Shown here piece after piece: positions 10,490 through 20,105 of a stretch of 64,000 bases of DNA. A program made the position numbers and the translations under genes. Below the pieces are notes generated by a model. It was not told where the DNA came from, made no database searches, and saw only the letters and a program-made list of their open reading frames with translations. Within the stretch, counting starts at the first letter, position 1; each line of letters begins with the position of its first letter. The DNA is taken from assembly GCA_963708025.1 (NCBI GenBank), contig CAVPSB010000002.1:192001-256000 (forward strand), given 5' to 3'. This DNA comes from an uncultured Candidatus Rokubacteria bacterium. GTDB taxonomy: Bacteria > Methylomirabilota > Methylomirabilia > Rokubacteriales > DASRDR01.

Positions 10490-10918
10490 ATGCGCATCGT
10501 TGCGGTGGTCGTCGCGATCGCGCTGATCGTCGCCGGCTACTTCTGGGCCGTCCTGAAGTGGAGCTACTCGAGCGGCGAGCGCGCCGGCTGGGTCCAGAAG
10601 TTCTCGCGGAAGGGCTGGGTCTGCAAGACGTGGGAGGGCGAGCTGGCGATGGTGTCGATGCCGGGCGCGATCCCGGAGAAGTTCTACTTCACGGTGAGGG
10701 ACGACGCGGTGGCCGAGCGGATCAACCGGGTGATGGGCAAGCGGGTGACGCTCCACTACGAGGAGAAGGTGGGGCTCCCGAGCTCCTGCTTCGGCGAGAC
10801 CCGACACTTCGTCAGCAGGGTGACCGTCGTCGACGAGATGCCGCTCGGGCCCGGCGGCCCCGGGCTCGCCCCGGCCACTCCGATCCCGCCGCCGGGCACC
10901 GCCGCGCCGAAGGGCTGA
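10490..10918 (+). CDS. conserved hypothetical membrane-anchored protein
   Basis: N-terminal TM helix; YSSGERAGWVQKFSRKGWVCKTWEGEL motif; SD AGGAGG. Confidence 0.8.
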   Translation: MRIVAVVVAIALIVAGYFWAVLKWSYSSGERAGWVQKFSRKGWVCKTWEGELAMVSMPGAIPEKFYFTVRDDAVAERINRVMGKRVTLHYEEKVGLPSSCFGETRHFVSRVTVVDEMPLGPGGPGLAPATPIPPPGTAAPKG

Positions 10919-11041
10919 TCCGGGGACTCGACGGCGCGCATCCCGGCCTCCCGGCGCGGGCGTGACCGGCCGTCAGTCGACGCCGCCGTAGCCGCCGAAC
11001 CGGGACTGGTGCTCGCCCCGGGTCGGAGTAGAAGATTTGTA

Positions 11042-11084
11042 TTGATGATCAGGTCTTGACAAGAAAATGGGAATCCCCTAGGGT
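11042..11084 (+). promoter_or_regulatory. sigma70 promoter with overlapping putative GntR operator
   Basis: TTGACA(11056)-17 nt-TAGGGT; 24/29 nt identical to 31802-31830. Confidence 0.65.
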
Positions 11085-11091
11085 CCGGGAG

Positions 11092-11916
11092 GTGGCAACC
11101 GACCCTCCCGATCCCCGCGCCCGGCGGACGCCGCGCTATCTCGCGGTCACCGAGGCGCTCCGCGCGCAGATCGCCGCCGCCGCGCCCAACACGCTCCTGC
11201 CCACCGAGCAGGAGCTGGCCCGCCACTTCGGTGTGAGCCGGCTGACGCTGCGGCGGTCGCTCGGGTTGCTGGAGCGGAGCGGGCTCGTGTCGCGCCAGCG
11301 AGGTCGGGGCACCATCGTCAGTCCGCCCAAGGTGACCCGATTGCTCGCGCCACTGTACACGCTCGAGGAGGATTTCCGGCGGCAGGGCCTCAAGCTCGAG
11401 ACTCGAGTCTTGAATTACGAGCGGGCGGTCGAGGCGCCGGGCCCCATCCGGGAGCGGCTCCGGCTGGGCCGCCGGCGACAGGCGGCGGTGCTGGCGCTGG
11501 TCCGGCTCGTCGAGGGCCGGATCATCGCGTACGACCGCGCGTACATCCCGACGTCCCTGGTCGGCCGCTTCCAGCCCGAGGAGGTCGGCGAGCACCCCCT
11601 GCTGGAGGTGCTGCGCGAGCATGCGGGGATCCGCATCGGGCGGCTGGACTGGGAGATCGAGATCCTGCCGGCGGGGCCGGACGCGGCGAGCGCGCTGGGA
11701 ATCACGCCGGGGGTCCTGGTGGTGGCCAGCCGGACGACGGCGTACGCGGACGACGGGTCGCCCGTCTCCAGAAGTGAGCGCTGCTACCGGATCGACCGGG
11801 TGAAGTTCCATTTCGCCACCGAGTACGCGCCTGACGCCGCGCCGGCGGAGCTGAGGCTGGCGACCGGGAAGCGACGGCCCGGGGCCGGGCGCCCGGCCCG
11901 GCCGAAGCGCAAGTGA
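11092..11916 (+). CDS. GntR family transcriptional regulator, HutC/UTRA subfamily
   Basis: LPTEQELARHFGVSRLTLRRSL...RGRGT wHTH plus C-terminal UTRA-type domain. Confidence 0.9.
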   Translation: MATDPPDPRARRTPRYLAVTEALRAQIAAAAPNTLLPTEQELARHFGVSRLTLRRSLGLLERSGLVSRQRGRGTIVSPPKVTRLLAPLYTLEEDFRRQGLKLETRVLNYERAVEAPGPIRERLRLGRRRQAAVLALVRLVEGRIIAYDRAYIPTSLVGRFQPEEVGEHPLLEVLREHAGIRIGRLDWEIEILPAGPDAASALGITPGVLVVASRTTAYADDGSPVSRSERCYRIDRVKFHFATEYAPDAAPAELRLATGKRRPGAGRPARPKRK

Positions 11917-11979
11917 GCCGAGGCCGCCGCCGACGGCGGCCGGATTCCCTGGAACGCGCAGGCACGTGAGGGCGTCTCG

Positions 11980-12966
11980 ATGATCCGTCGGGTGCTGACG
12001 CTGGCAGTGGCGGTCCTGGTCGGAAGCCTGATGATCGCGGGTGGCGCGCACGCGCAGCCCCGGGCCGGCGACTTCCCCGCCGGCAAGCCGATCACGCTGA
12101 TCGTGCCGTACGCGGCGGGGGGCACCACCGACGCCGGCGCGCGCTTGCTGGCCGCCCGTCTGGAGGAGGAGCTGGCGACGAGGGTCCAGGTCGTCAACCG
12201 GCCCGGAGCGGCGTCCCAGGTGGGGATCTCGTCCCTGCTCAACGCGCCACCGAACGGGTACACGCTGTCGTACGCGGTGATCCCGACGATCATCACCCAC
12301 TACTCGGATCCGGGGCGCGAGGCCCCCTACGGGCGCAAGGATTTCCAGCCAGTGGCCCACCACCACCTCATCCCGGCCATGGTCGCGGTGCCGGCGGACA
12401 GCCCCTACAAGACGCTGGCGGAGTTCGTCGAGGCGGCGCGGGCCAATCCGGGCAAGATCAGCATCAGCGACAGCGCCCTGATGGGCAACCCTCACCTGGC
12501 CGTCCTGATGCTGCAGAAAGCGGCCGGGGTCCGGTTCGCCTCCGTGCACTTCGACGGCGGCGCCCCGTCGGTCACCGCGCTGCTCGGCGGGCACGTGAAC
12601 GGGCTGGCCGGTGGGATCTCGGACGCCGTGCCCCACGTCAGGTCCGGGAAGTTCCGGGTCCTGGGCATCGCCGCCGACCAGGAGAACGAGTTCCTGCCGG
12701 GAGTGCCCACGATGAAGTCGCAGGGCTTCAACGTGGTGTCGGTCTCGGCGACCGGCATCCTGGCGCGCGCCGGCACCCCCCGGGACGTGGTGGAGACCCT
12801 GGCCCGGGCCATCAAGAAGATCGTGGAGAGCGACGACCACCGGAAGAAGCTGAACGCCCTGGGTGTCTCGCCGCACTACCTCGATCCGGACGAGTACGCG
12901 GCGTTCTGGGCAAGCTCCGAGGCGCGGGTCGCCCCGATCGTGAAGGAGCTCAGGGCGTCTCAGTAG
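11980..12966 (+). CDS. tctC: tripartite tricarboxylate transporter substrate-binding protein (Bug/TctC)
   Basis: Signal peptide; FPAGKPITLIVPYAAGGTTD; NRPGA; GYTL; FDGGA. Confidence 0.9.
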   Translation: MIRRVLTLAVAVLVGSLMIAGGAHAQPRAGDFPAGKPITLIVPYAAGGTTDAGARLLAARLEEELATRVQVVNRPGAASQVGISSLLNAPPNGYTLSYAVIPTIITHYSDPGREAPYGRKDFQPVAHHHLIPAMVAVPADSPYKTLAEFVEAARANPGKISISDSALMGNPHLAVLMLQKAAGVRFASVHFDGGAPSVTALLGGHVNGLAGGISDAVPHVRSGKFRVLGIAADQENEFLPGVPTMKSQGFNVVSVSATGILARAGTPRDVVETLARAIKKIVESDDHRKKLNALGVSPHYLDPDEYAAFWASSEARVAPIVKELRASQ

Positions 12967-13066
12967 GGACGAAGCCCGCCGGATGCCGGGGCGGGACCGG
13001 ATCGCTTGCCGCCGGATGTCGACGGAACCCCGAGCCAACACGCGACAAGAGGAGGCACGGTCGGAC

Positions 13067-13858
13067 ATGGCCAGCGACACGCTGAAATACTTCCGGATGG
13101 AGACGGACAGTCAGGGCATCACCGTCGTGACCTTCGACCGGCCGCCGGTCAACGCCGTCTCCTTCGACGTCTACCCCGAGATCCGGGCGGTGTGCGAGAT
13201 CATCGAGGCGACGGACCAGACCCGCGTGGTCGTGCTGACCGCTCCCCCGGGGAACCGGGCGTGGTGCGGCGGGGCGGACGTGCGGAACTTCCTCCCGCTC
13301 GACTACGAGAGCCGACTGGAGCGGTACGAGCTCATCAACCAGTGCATGCCCCGCTTCTACAACCTGGACCGGCCGGTGGTTGGCGCCATCAACGGTCATT
13401 CGGTGGGGGTGGGACTGGTGCTGGCGAGCTTCTGCGACATCCGGGTCGCCTGGAGCGACGCCTTCTTCGCCTGTCCGGAGATCGACCGGGGCGTGCTGGC
13501 GGGTGGGGGCGCCTTCCTCTCGCGGATCGGCGTGCCGCCCGGGATCATCCGGGAAATGATGTACACCGGCGGGAGGTTCACGGCCGAGCAGCTCCGCCAT
13601 ACCGGGATGTTCAACTACATCGTGCCCCGGGACCAGGTGCTGCCGAAGGCGATGGAGATCGCCCGGACCATCGCCAAGAAGAGCCTGCCGGCGCTGAAGG
13701 CGAACAAGCTCTGCACCAACGCCACGGAGTCCCTGTCCTGGAACGACGGCTACAAGATGACCCAGCAGTACAGCGCGAAGCTGACGGTCACCAAGGACGC
13801 CAAGGAGGGCATCCGGGCCTTCCTCGAGAAGCGGGAAGCGAAGTACACGGACCGCTAG
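13067..13858 (+). CDS. enoyl-CoA hydratase/isomerase (crotonase superfamily)
   Basis: DRPPVNA, WCGGAD, AINGHSVGVG, CDIR, PEIDRG, DAKEGIRAFLEKR; SD GAGGAGG. Confidence 0.9.
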   Translation: MASDTLKYFRMETDSQGITVVTFDRPPVNAVSFDVYPEIRAVCEIIEATDQTRVVVLTAPPGNRAWCGGADVRNFLPLDYESRLERYELINQCMPRFYNLDRPVVGAINGHSVGVGLVLASFCDIRVAWSDAFFACPEIDRGVLAGGGAFLSRIGVPPGIIREMMYTGGRFTAEQLRHTGMFNYIVPRDQVLPKAMEIARTIAKKSLPALKANKLCTNATESLSWNDGYKMTQQYSAKLTVTKDAKEGIRAFLEKREAKYTDR

Positions 13859-13862
13859 GATA

Positions 13863-13960
13863 TCGGGGGGTCTGGGAAGACCCCCTCCGAGACCTCCAGG
13901 AGAGGGTTGCGGCGGCAAAGCCGCCGCTCGGCGGCTCTTCATGGCTCACGTCGCACGGCT
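13863..13960 (+). repeat. R1 repeat copy
   Basis: ggggggtctgggaagaccccc hairpin; gcggcggc-aaa-gccgccgc; ctcttcatggctcacgtcgcac (shared with 6601-6623). Confidence 0.7.
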
Positions 13961-14032
13961 CACTACACGACGTGCTTCGACGGGCTCCTACGACAGGGAC
14001 GGCGGCACCGCCTGCCAGACGACGCGCTCGCC

Positions 14033-16156
14033 GTGAGCTCCTTCGCGGACGTGTCCGGTCTTCTCGAGCCGAGATCGATCGCGGTGATCGGCGCCTCGGA
14101 TCAGCCGGGGAACCTCGGCGGGACCGCGGTCCGGTACCTGCAAAAGTTCGCCTACCCCGGTCCCGTCTGGCCCGTGAACCCGAGGCGGCAGACGGTGGCC
14201 GGGCTGCCGTGCTTCCCGAAGGTCGCGAGTCTCCCGGGCCCCGCCGACCTGGCCATCCTGGCCATCTCGGCCGACGCGATCGTGGACATGGTGCGCGAGT
14301 GCGCCGAGGCCGGGATCGCGCACGGCATCGTGTGGGCGGGCGGCTTCGCCGAGGTCGGCGGGGAAGGGGTCCGGCGCCAGCAGGCGCTCGTCGAGATGTG
14401 CCGCCGGACCGGCTTCAAGCTGTGCGGGCCCAACTGCATCGGCATCGTCAACACGCGGCTGCCGATGACCGCCAGCTTCGCCTCGTCGCTCCTCGAGGCG
14501 GAGCGGATGCTCCCGGGCAACATCTCCATGATCAGCCAGAGCGGCGGGATGGCCACGGTCGCCCAGGCCCTCGCCCAGCGGGCCGGCTTCGGGTTCCGGT
14601 ACGTCGTCAGCACCGGCAACGAGGCGGTGCTGACCACGGCCGACTTCATCCACGGGCTCGTCAAGGATCCGGAGACCCGGGTCATCGCCACGTACCTGGA
14701 GGGCGTCGACGACGGCGCGAAGTTCGTGACCGCGCTGGAGGAGGCTCGCCGGGCCCGCAAGCCGGTCATCGTCCTCAAGGGCGGCGTCACCGCGGCCAGC
14801 GCCCGGGCCGCGGTCGCCCACACCGGGGCGCTGGCGGGGGAAGACCGGGTCTGGAGCGCCCTGCTCCGGGAGCACGCCGTGATCCGGGTGCACTCCCAGG
14901 AGGAGCTCCTGGACGTGGCGATGCTCCTGAGCGGCACCGACCCCGACAAGCTGCCGGCGGGGAACGGCGTGGCGGCGGTGACGTTCGGGGGCGGCAGCGG
15001 CGTACTCTCGGCCGACCAGTGCGTGCAGCACGGCCTGACCACGCCGCCGCTGGCGGCCGCCACCGCGGAGCGCCTGAAGACCCTGGTCACGCCGCTCGCC
15101 TCCATCGCCAATCCCATCGACCTGACGCCCGACACCTACAACCAGCCGGACTGGCTCGCGCGGCTTCCGCAGGCGCTGGACGTCATCGCGGCCGACCCCA
15201 GCATCCACACGGTGTTCTTCCAGTTCGGGGCGATGGCTCACCGGGCGACGGAGATGATGGACACCGTCGGCGCCCTCCGGAGCCGGACCGCCCGGACCGT
15301 CTGCGTGGCGTGGCCGATGGCGTCGCGGGCGGTGCTGGAGCGGCTGCCGGCCGAGGGGGTCTATCCGTTCCCGGAGATCGCCCGCGGCCTCCGGGCCATC
15401 GGCCAGGTGGCCCGCTACCGGGCCGCGCTCGCGGAGCCGCCCCGGCTCGACGACGGCGAGGTGCCGGCGTTCGACTGGTCCGCCTTTCTGTCGGCACCAC
15501 CGGCGGCCGGCACGGTGGTCTCCGAGCCGCAGTGCCACCGCATCCTGGCCACCGCCGGTCTGCCGACGGCGGCCGGCCGGCTCGCCGGCTCTCCGGACGA
15601 GGCGATCCGGGCGGCGGCCGCGGTGGGCTATCCGGTGGCCCTCAAGGGCATCTCGCCGGCGGTGACGCATCGGGCGGCGGCGGGTCTCGTGGCCCTCGGG
15701 GTCCGCTCCGACGGGGAGACGCGTGAGGCCTTCGAGCGGCTCACCGCCCGGGCGACCGCGATGGGGTTGCGCCTGGAGGGGATCTACGTCCAGCACATGG
15801 TGGCCGGCGGGCTGGAGCTGCTGGTGTCGGCCTTCCGCGATCCGCTGTTCGGCGTGATGGTCTCCTGCGGCGCCGGCGGCAACCTGACCGAGGTGATCGA
15901 CGACGTGGTTTTGGAGCGCGCGCCCGTCGGTGAGGCCGCCGCGCTCCGCATGGTGGAGCGACTCCGGGTCGTCCGGCACGCGCGCCGGCTGAACCCGGAG
16001 CTGGACGGGGGCGCGGCGGCGCGATTCGTCGCGCGGTTCTCGCGCCTGGCGGCCACGGCGCCGTGGCGGCGGTTCGTCCTGGAGGTGAACCCCATCCGGG
16101 CGGGCCGGGACGCCGCGGTGGCGGTCGACGGGCTCCTGGTCGTGGAGGAGCCGTGA
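14033..16156 (+). CDS. acetate-CoA ligase (NDP-forming) family acyl-CoA synthetase, paralog 1
   Basis: PRSIAVIGAS, GPNCIG, SQSGG, STGNEA, AHTGALAG (phospho-His), NPIDL, C-terminal ATP-grasp with EVNP. Confidence 0.88.
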   Translation: MSSFADVSGLLEPRSIAVIGASDQPGNLGGTAVRYLQKFAYPGPVWPVNPRRQTVAGLPCFPKVASLPGPADLAILAISADAIVDMVRECAEAGIAHGIVWAGGFAEVGGEGVRRQQALVEMCRRTGFKLCGPNCIGIVNTRLPMTASFASSLLEAERMLPGNISMISQSGGMATVAQALAQRAGFGFRYVVSTGNEAVLTTADFIHGLVKDPETRVIATYLEGVDDGAKFVTALEEARRARKPVIVLKGGVTAASARAAVAHTGALAGEDRVWSALLREHAVIRVHSQEELLDVAMLLSGTDPDKLPAGNGVAAVTFGGGSGVLSADQCVQHGLTTPPLAAATAERLKTLVTPLASIANPIDLTPDTYNQPDWLARLPQALDVIAADPSIHTVFFQFGAMAHRATEMMDTVGALRSRTARTVCVAWPMASRAVLERLPAEGVYPFPEIARGLRAIGQVARYRAALAEPPRLDDGEVPAFDWSAFLSAPPAAGTVVSEPQCHRILATAGLPTAAGRLAGSPDEAIRAAAAVGYPVALKGISPAVTHRAAAGLVALGVRSDGETREAFERLTARATAMGLRLEGIYVQHMVAGGLELLVSAFRDPLFGVMVSCGAGGNLTEVIDDVVLERAPVGEAAALRMVERLRVVRHARRLNPELDGGAAARFVARFSRLAATAPWRRFVLEVNPIRAGRDAAVAVDGLLVVEEP

Positions 16157-16162
16157 GGTCGT

Positions 16163-16265
16163 GTGAAGGAATGGATCCTCCGACTCCCCCCTCCCCCCGG
16201 CCAAAGGCCGAAGGCCGTCCATGGGTGGGGGAGGGGGGTTGGGGGGGTGGGCGGGCGGTCCCGAA
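16163..16265 (+). repeat. purine/pyrimidine-asymmetric repeat family R2 (with nested module), ending at tctB ATG
   Basis: gtgaaggaa...ccccctcccccc[ggccaaaggccgaaggccgtcca]tgggtgggggagggggg..ggggggtgggcgggcggtcccgaa-ATG. Confidence 0.8.
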
Positions 16266-16724
16266 ATGAAGCGGCCTTACCAGGTCACCGCGGTGCTCTG
16301 CCTCCTGTTCGCGGCGTTCGTCCTGCGGCAGTCGCTCGCCTTGAAGCTCTACACCTCGATGGGGCCCGGCCCCGGCTTCTTCCCGTTCTGGCTCGCCATC
16401 CTCTTCGCCGGCCTCGCGCTGATCATGCTCGGGCAGGCCACCCTCGCGCCCTCCACCCCGAGGCCGGCGGATTTCTTCGCCACCCGGACCGGCTACCTCC
16501 GCATCGCGACCATCGTCGGCTCGCTGGTCGGTACCGTCCTCCTGCTCGACCCGCTGGGATTCCGCCTCACCACGCTGGCGTTCTACCTCGTCCTGCTGAA
16601 CGTCCTCAGCCGGCAGAGCTGGCTGGTGACCCTCGTGATCGCTGTCGCGGGGAGCTTCGGCGTCTACTACGTCTTCGCCGAAGTCCTGAGGATCCCGCTG
16701 CCCGTGGGCCTGCTCGGAGTGTAG
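16266..16724 (+). CDS. tctB: TTT small membrane subunit TctB
   Basis: GPGPGFFPFW motif, 4-5 TM segments, ends LPVG. Confidence 0.85.
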   Translation: MKRPYQVTAVLCLLFAAFVLRQSLALKLYTSMGPGPGFFPFWLAILFAGLALIMLGQATLAPSTPRPADFFATRTGYLRIATIVGSLVGTVLLLDPLGFRLTTLAFYLVLLNVLSRQSWLVTLVIAVAGSFGVYYVFAEVLRIPLPVGLLGV

Positions 16725-16748
16725 GTCCGGAGCTGGTGAGGGACCGGC

Positions 16749-18245
16749 GTGGAGAGTCTCCACTTCCTGCTGGGCGGCTTCGCGACCGCGCTCGAGCCCA
16801 CCAACCTGCTCTTTGCGCTCATCGGCTGCGTGCTGGGAACGCTGGTCGGGATCCTGCCGGGCATCGGACCGGTGGCGGGCACGGCCATGTTGATCCCCGT
16901 CACCTTCGCGCTCAAGCCGACGCCGGCCATCATCATGCTGGCCGCGATCTACTACGGCGCCATGTACGGCGGCTCGACGACGTCGATCCTGGTCAACGTG
17001 CCGGGCGAGGCCGCCTCGGCCATCACCTGCCTGGACGGGTACGAGATGGCCAAGCAGGGCCGGGCGGGGCCGGCGCTGGCCGTCGCCGCCCTCGGGTCGT
17101 TCTTCGGGGGGACGGTCGCCACCCTGGGCCTGGTCCTGCTGGCGTTGCCGCTCACCGAGTTCGCGCTCCGGTTCGGTCCGCCGGAGTTCTTCTCGCTGAT
17201 GGTGCTGGGGTTGTCGCTGGTCACCGGGCTGGCCGGCCGGTCGCTGGTGCGGGCGCTGATGTCGGCGGTCTTCGGCCTCTTGATCGCCATGATCGGGATC
17301 GATCCCGTGATGGGCGCCCCCCGCTTCACGTTCGGGCGGACCGAGCTGCAGGACGGCCTGGGGGTGGTGCCGGTAGCGATGGGACTGTTCGGCATCGGCG
17401 AGATCCTGCTCAACGCCGAGCGCGGGGTGGGCCGGGTCTTCGAGACGACGCTCAGATCGCTGATCCCGTCGGCCCGGGATCTCCGCGACTCGTGGCGGCC
17501 CATCCTGCGGGGCACCGGGATCGGCTTCTTCATCGGCCTCATCCCGGGCATCGGGGCGGTAGTGCCGACCATGATCTCCTACGTCGCCGAGAAGCGTCTG
17601 TCCCGGACGCCCGAGCGCTTCGGGACCGGGATGATCCAGGGGGTGGCCGGCCCCGAGTCGGCCAACAACGCCTACGCCAACGCCGCGCTCATCCCGCTCT
17701 TCACGCTGGGGATCCCCGGCTCGCCCACCGTGGCCGTCATCATGGGGGCCTTCATGATGAACGGCCTGATCCCGGGTCCGTTCCTGTTCCGGGACCATCC
17801 CGACTTCGTGTGGGCGGTGATCGCCAGCCTGTACATCGGCAACCTGATGCTGGTGATCCTCAACCTGCCGTTCATCCCGCTCTGGGTGGCCGTCCTGAAG
17901 GTCCCCTACTCGATCCTCTTCACGGCCATCCTCGGCTTCTGCGTCCTGGGGGCGTACAGCCTCAGCGGCAGCGTCTTCGACGTCGGCGTGATGACCGTGT
18001 TCGGGGTGTTCGGCTATCTCCTGAACAAGCTGGACGTGCCGGCGGCGCCCATGATCCTGACGATGGTGCTGGGGCCGCTGATGGAGCGCGCTCTCCGGCA
18101 GTCGCTCGACCTCTCGCAGGGCGACATGACGATCTTCGTCACCCGGCCCATCTCGGCGGTGACGCTGGCCGTCGCCGCCCTGTTCGTGACCACGTCGCTG
18201 ATGCAGGTGGCCGCCCGTGTGAAGGGACAGGATTCTCAGGTGTGA
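16749..18245 (+). CDS. tctA: TTT large permease TctA
   Basis: GILPGIGP, YYGAMYGGSTTSILVNVPG, FGPPEFF, GPESANNA, GIPGS. Confidence 0.92.
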   Translation: MESLHFLLGGFATALEPTNLLFALIGCVLGTLVGILPGIGPVAGTAMLIPVTFALKPTPAIIMLAAIYYGAMYGGSTTSILVNVPGEAASAITCLDGYEMAKQGRAGPALAVAALGSFFGGTVATLGLVLLALPLTEFALRFGPPEFFSLMVLGLSLVTGLAGRSLVRALMSAVFGLLIAMIGIDPVMGAPRFTFGRTELQDGLGVVPVAMGLFGIGEILLNAERGVGRVFETTLRSLIPSARDLRDSWRPILRGTGIGFFIGLIPGIGAVVPTMISYVAEKRLSRTPERFGTGMIQGVAGPESANNAYANAALIPLFTLGIPGSPTVAVIMGAFMMNGLIPGPFLFRDHPDFVWAVIASLYIGNLMLVILNLPFIPLWVAVLKVPYSILFTAILGFCVLGAYSLSGSVFDVGVMTVFGVFGYLLNKLDVPAAPMILTMVLGPLMERALRQSLDLSQGDMTIFVTRPISAVTLAVAALFVTTSLMQVAARVKGQDSQV

Positions 18246-18409
18246 GCGGACCGGGCCGATACGCGTCGCGCCGGGTCGTCGGTCGGACGGCCTTCAGCCT
18301 GGGGGGCGCTCGCGTCTCGGCCCGGTCCGATGCTGGTATATCCCAGTGTGTTGAAGAGGGTGGGGCAATGAGGTGCACGTTCCACGCGCGAAACGGCAGG
18401 AGGTGCTGC

Positions 18410-19996
18410 ATGAGACGGATTCGAATTCTCGCGGTCTTGGCGTTGGTCGCCGCCCTGGTGGCTCCGGTGTCGGCGCAGGAGACGCCGAAGGCGGGAGGCG
18501 AGCTGGTGTATTCGGTCCTGGCCGAGCCGCCGTCGTTCGATGCCCACCAGGAGGCGACGTTCGCGGTGCCCCACACCACCGCGCCGTTCTACAGCCTGCT
18601 GGTGAAGATCGACCCGGTGGAGTATCCCAAGGTCGTGCCCGACCTGGCCGAGTCGTGGACCATCTCGGCGGACGGCCGGGTGTACGAGTTCAAGCTCCGT
18701 GACGGGGTGAAGTTCCACGACGGGGCCCTCCTCACCGCCCGGGACGTCAAGGCGAGCCTGGACCACGTCGTCTCCCCGCCGGCGGGGGTCACCAGCCCGC
18801 GGAAGGCGGTGTACTCGCAGATCGAGGCGATCGAGGCGCCCAACCCCCGGACGGTGCGCGTCCGGCTGAAGCGCGCCCAGCCGGGGATGCTCACGTTCCT
18901 CGCCTCGCCGTGGAACTACATCTACAAGGCCGAGCTGCTCGAGAAGGATCCGAGCTGGCACAAGAAGAACGTCATGGGGACCGGCCCCTTCAAGCTGGGT
19001 GAGTACGTGCCGGGCTCGCACGTCACCGGCAAGAAGAACCCCGACTACTTCGTCAAGGGGCTGCCGTATCTCGACGGCTTCCGGGCGCTGTTCATCGTGG
19101 ACGGCGCCGCGCGGGTGGCGGCGTTCCGGGGCGGGCGCGTCGCCGCCGACTTCGTTGGCGCCACCCCGCTCCTCGACCAGGCCAGCCTGAAGCAGGCGCT
19201 GGGAGACAAGCTGGTCATCCAGCGGAGCCCGTGGTCGTGCGTCCTGACCATCGCGTTCCACCACGAGAAGAAGCCGTTCGACGACCCCCGGGTGCGCCGC
19301 GCCCTCAGCCTGGCCCTCGACCGCCGGGAGGCCGCCCGCGTGCTGAACGAGTTCAGCGAGTACGGCACGGTGGCCGGGATCAGCCAGCCCGGGGCGCCGT
19401 ACGCCATGCCCGAGGCGGAGCTGGAGAAGGTGCCCGGCTACTGGCGGGACATCGAGCGGAGCCGCACCGAGGCGCGCCGCCTGCTGAAGGAGGCGGGGCT
19501 CCCCGACAACTTCTCGTTCGCCTTCAGCAACCGCGGCCTCACCGGCGCCCAGCGGGTCGGGGTGTACGTGATCGACCAGTGGCGGAAGATCGGGGTTCAG
19601 GCGACCCACCGGGTGCTCGAGACCGGGCCGTACTTCACGGCGCTGCGCTCCGGGGACTACGAGGTGTCGGTCGACTTCTCCTGCGACTTCGCCGACGAGC
19701 CGGACCTGCAGCTGACCAAGTACATCTCTTCGGACAAGAGCCCCATCAACTACGCCCGGTACTCGGACCCGGTCATCGACGAGCTGTTCGAGCGCCAGAG
19801 CCGGGAGCAGAACCCCGACCGGCGCAAGCAGCTCGTGTGGGAGTTCGAGCGGCGGATCCTGGGCGAGATGGCCCACCAGGTGATCATCCTCGGGCAGGTG
19901 CGGGCGGTGACGCTCTGGGACTACGTGAAGGGCTGGAAGGTGACGCCGTCCCACTACCTGAACCAGGACCTGGGAACGGTCTGGCTGGCGAAGTAA
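18410..19996 (+). CDS. ABC transporter substrate-binding protein, family 5 (peptide/nickel-type)
   Basis: Signal peptide; VPDLAESWTIS, FKLRDGVKFHDG, GTGPFKL, KPFDDPRVRRAL; SD AGGAGG. Confidence 0.9.
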   Translation: MRRIRILAVLALVAALVAPVSAQETPKAGGELVYSVLAEPPSFDAHQEATFAVPHTTAPFYSLLVKIDPVEYPKVVPDLAESWTISADGRVYEFKLRDGVKFHDGALLTARDVKASLDHVVSPPAGVTSPRKAVYSQIEAIEAPNPRTVRVRLKRAQPGMLTFLASPWNYIYKAELLEKDPSWHKKNVMGTGPFKLGEYVPGSHVTGKKNPDYFVKGLPYLDGFRALFIVDGAARVAAFRGGRVAADFVGATPLLDQASLKQALGDKLVIQRSPWSCVLTIAFHHEKKPFDDPRVRRALSLALDRREAARVLNEFSEYGTVAGISQPGAPYAMPEAELEKVPGYWRDIERSRTEARRLLKEAGLPDNFSFAFSNRGLTGAQRVGVYVIDQWRKIGVQATHRVLETGPYFTALRSGDYEVSVDFSCDFADEPDLQLTKYISSDKSPINYARYSDPVIDELFERQSREQNPDRRKQLVWEFERRILGEMAHQVIILGQVRAVTLWDYVKGWKVTPSHYLNQDLGTVWLAK

Positions 19997-20004
19997 CTTT
20001 CTGC

Positions 20005-20093
20005 TCCCTCTTCCAGGGAGAGGGTCGGGGTGAGGGTTCATGGCGGCGCCGGTCGCCCCTCATCCTGGCCCTCTCCCCCGGTGGGGGAGAGGG
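20005..20093. repeat. BoxC-like repeat family R3, inverted pair
   Basis: ccctc..gggagagggtcggggtgaggg and ccctcatcctggccctctcccccggtgggggagaggg. Confidence 0.65.
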
Positions 20094-20105
20094 AACTGGT
20101 ACTGG

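Noticed and set aside
10490-10918. Dehydrogenase annotation sometimes attached to similar proteins
   Set aside because: Only 142 aa, membrane-anchored, no nucleotide-binding motif.
16163-19996. 1277-aa ORF (likewise 27166..30969, the N-terminus of 60374..63784, and 34955..39121)
   Set aside because: Stop-poor alternative frames of GC-rich genes; only the C-terminal parts with family motifs are real, or the ORF is wholly antisense.
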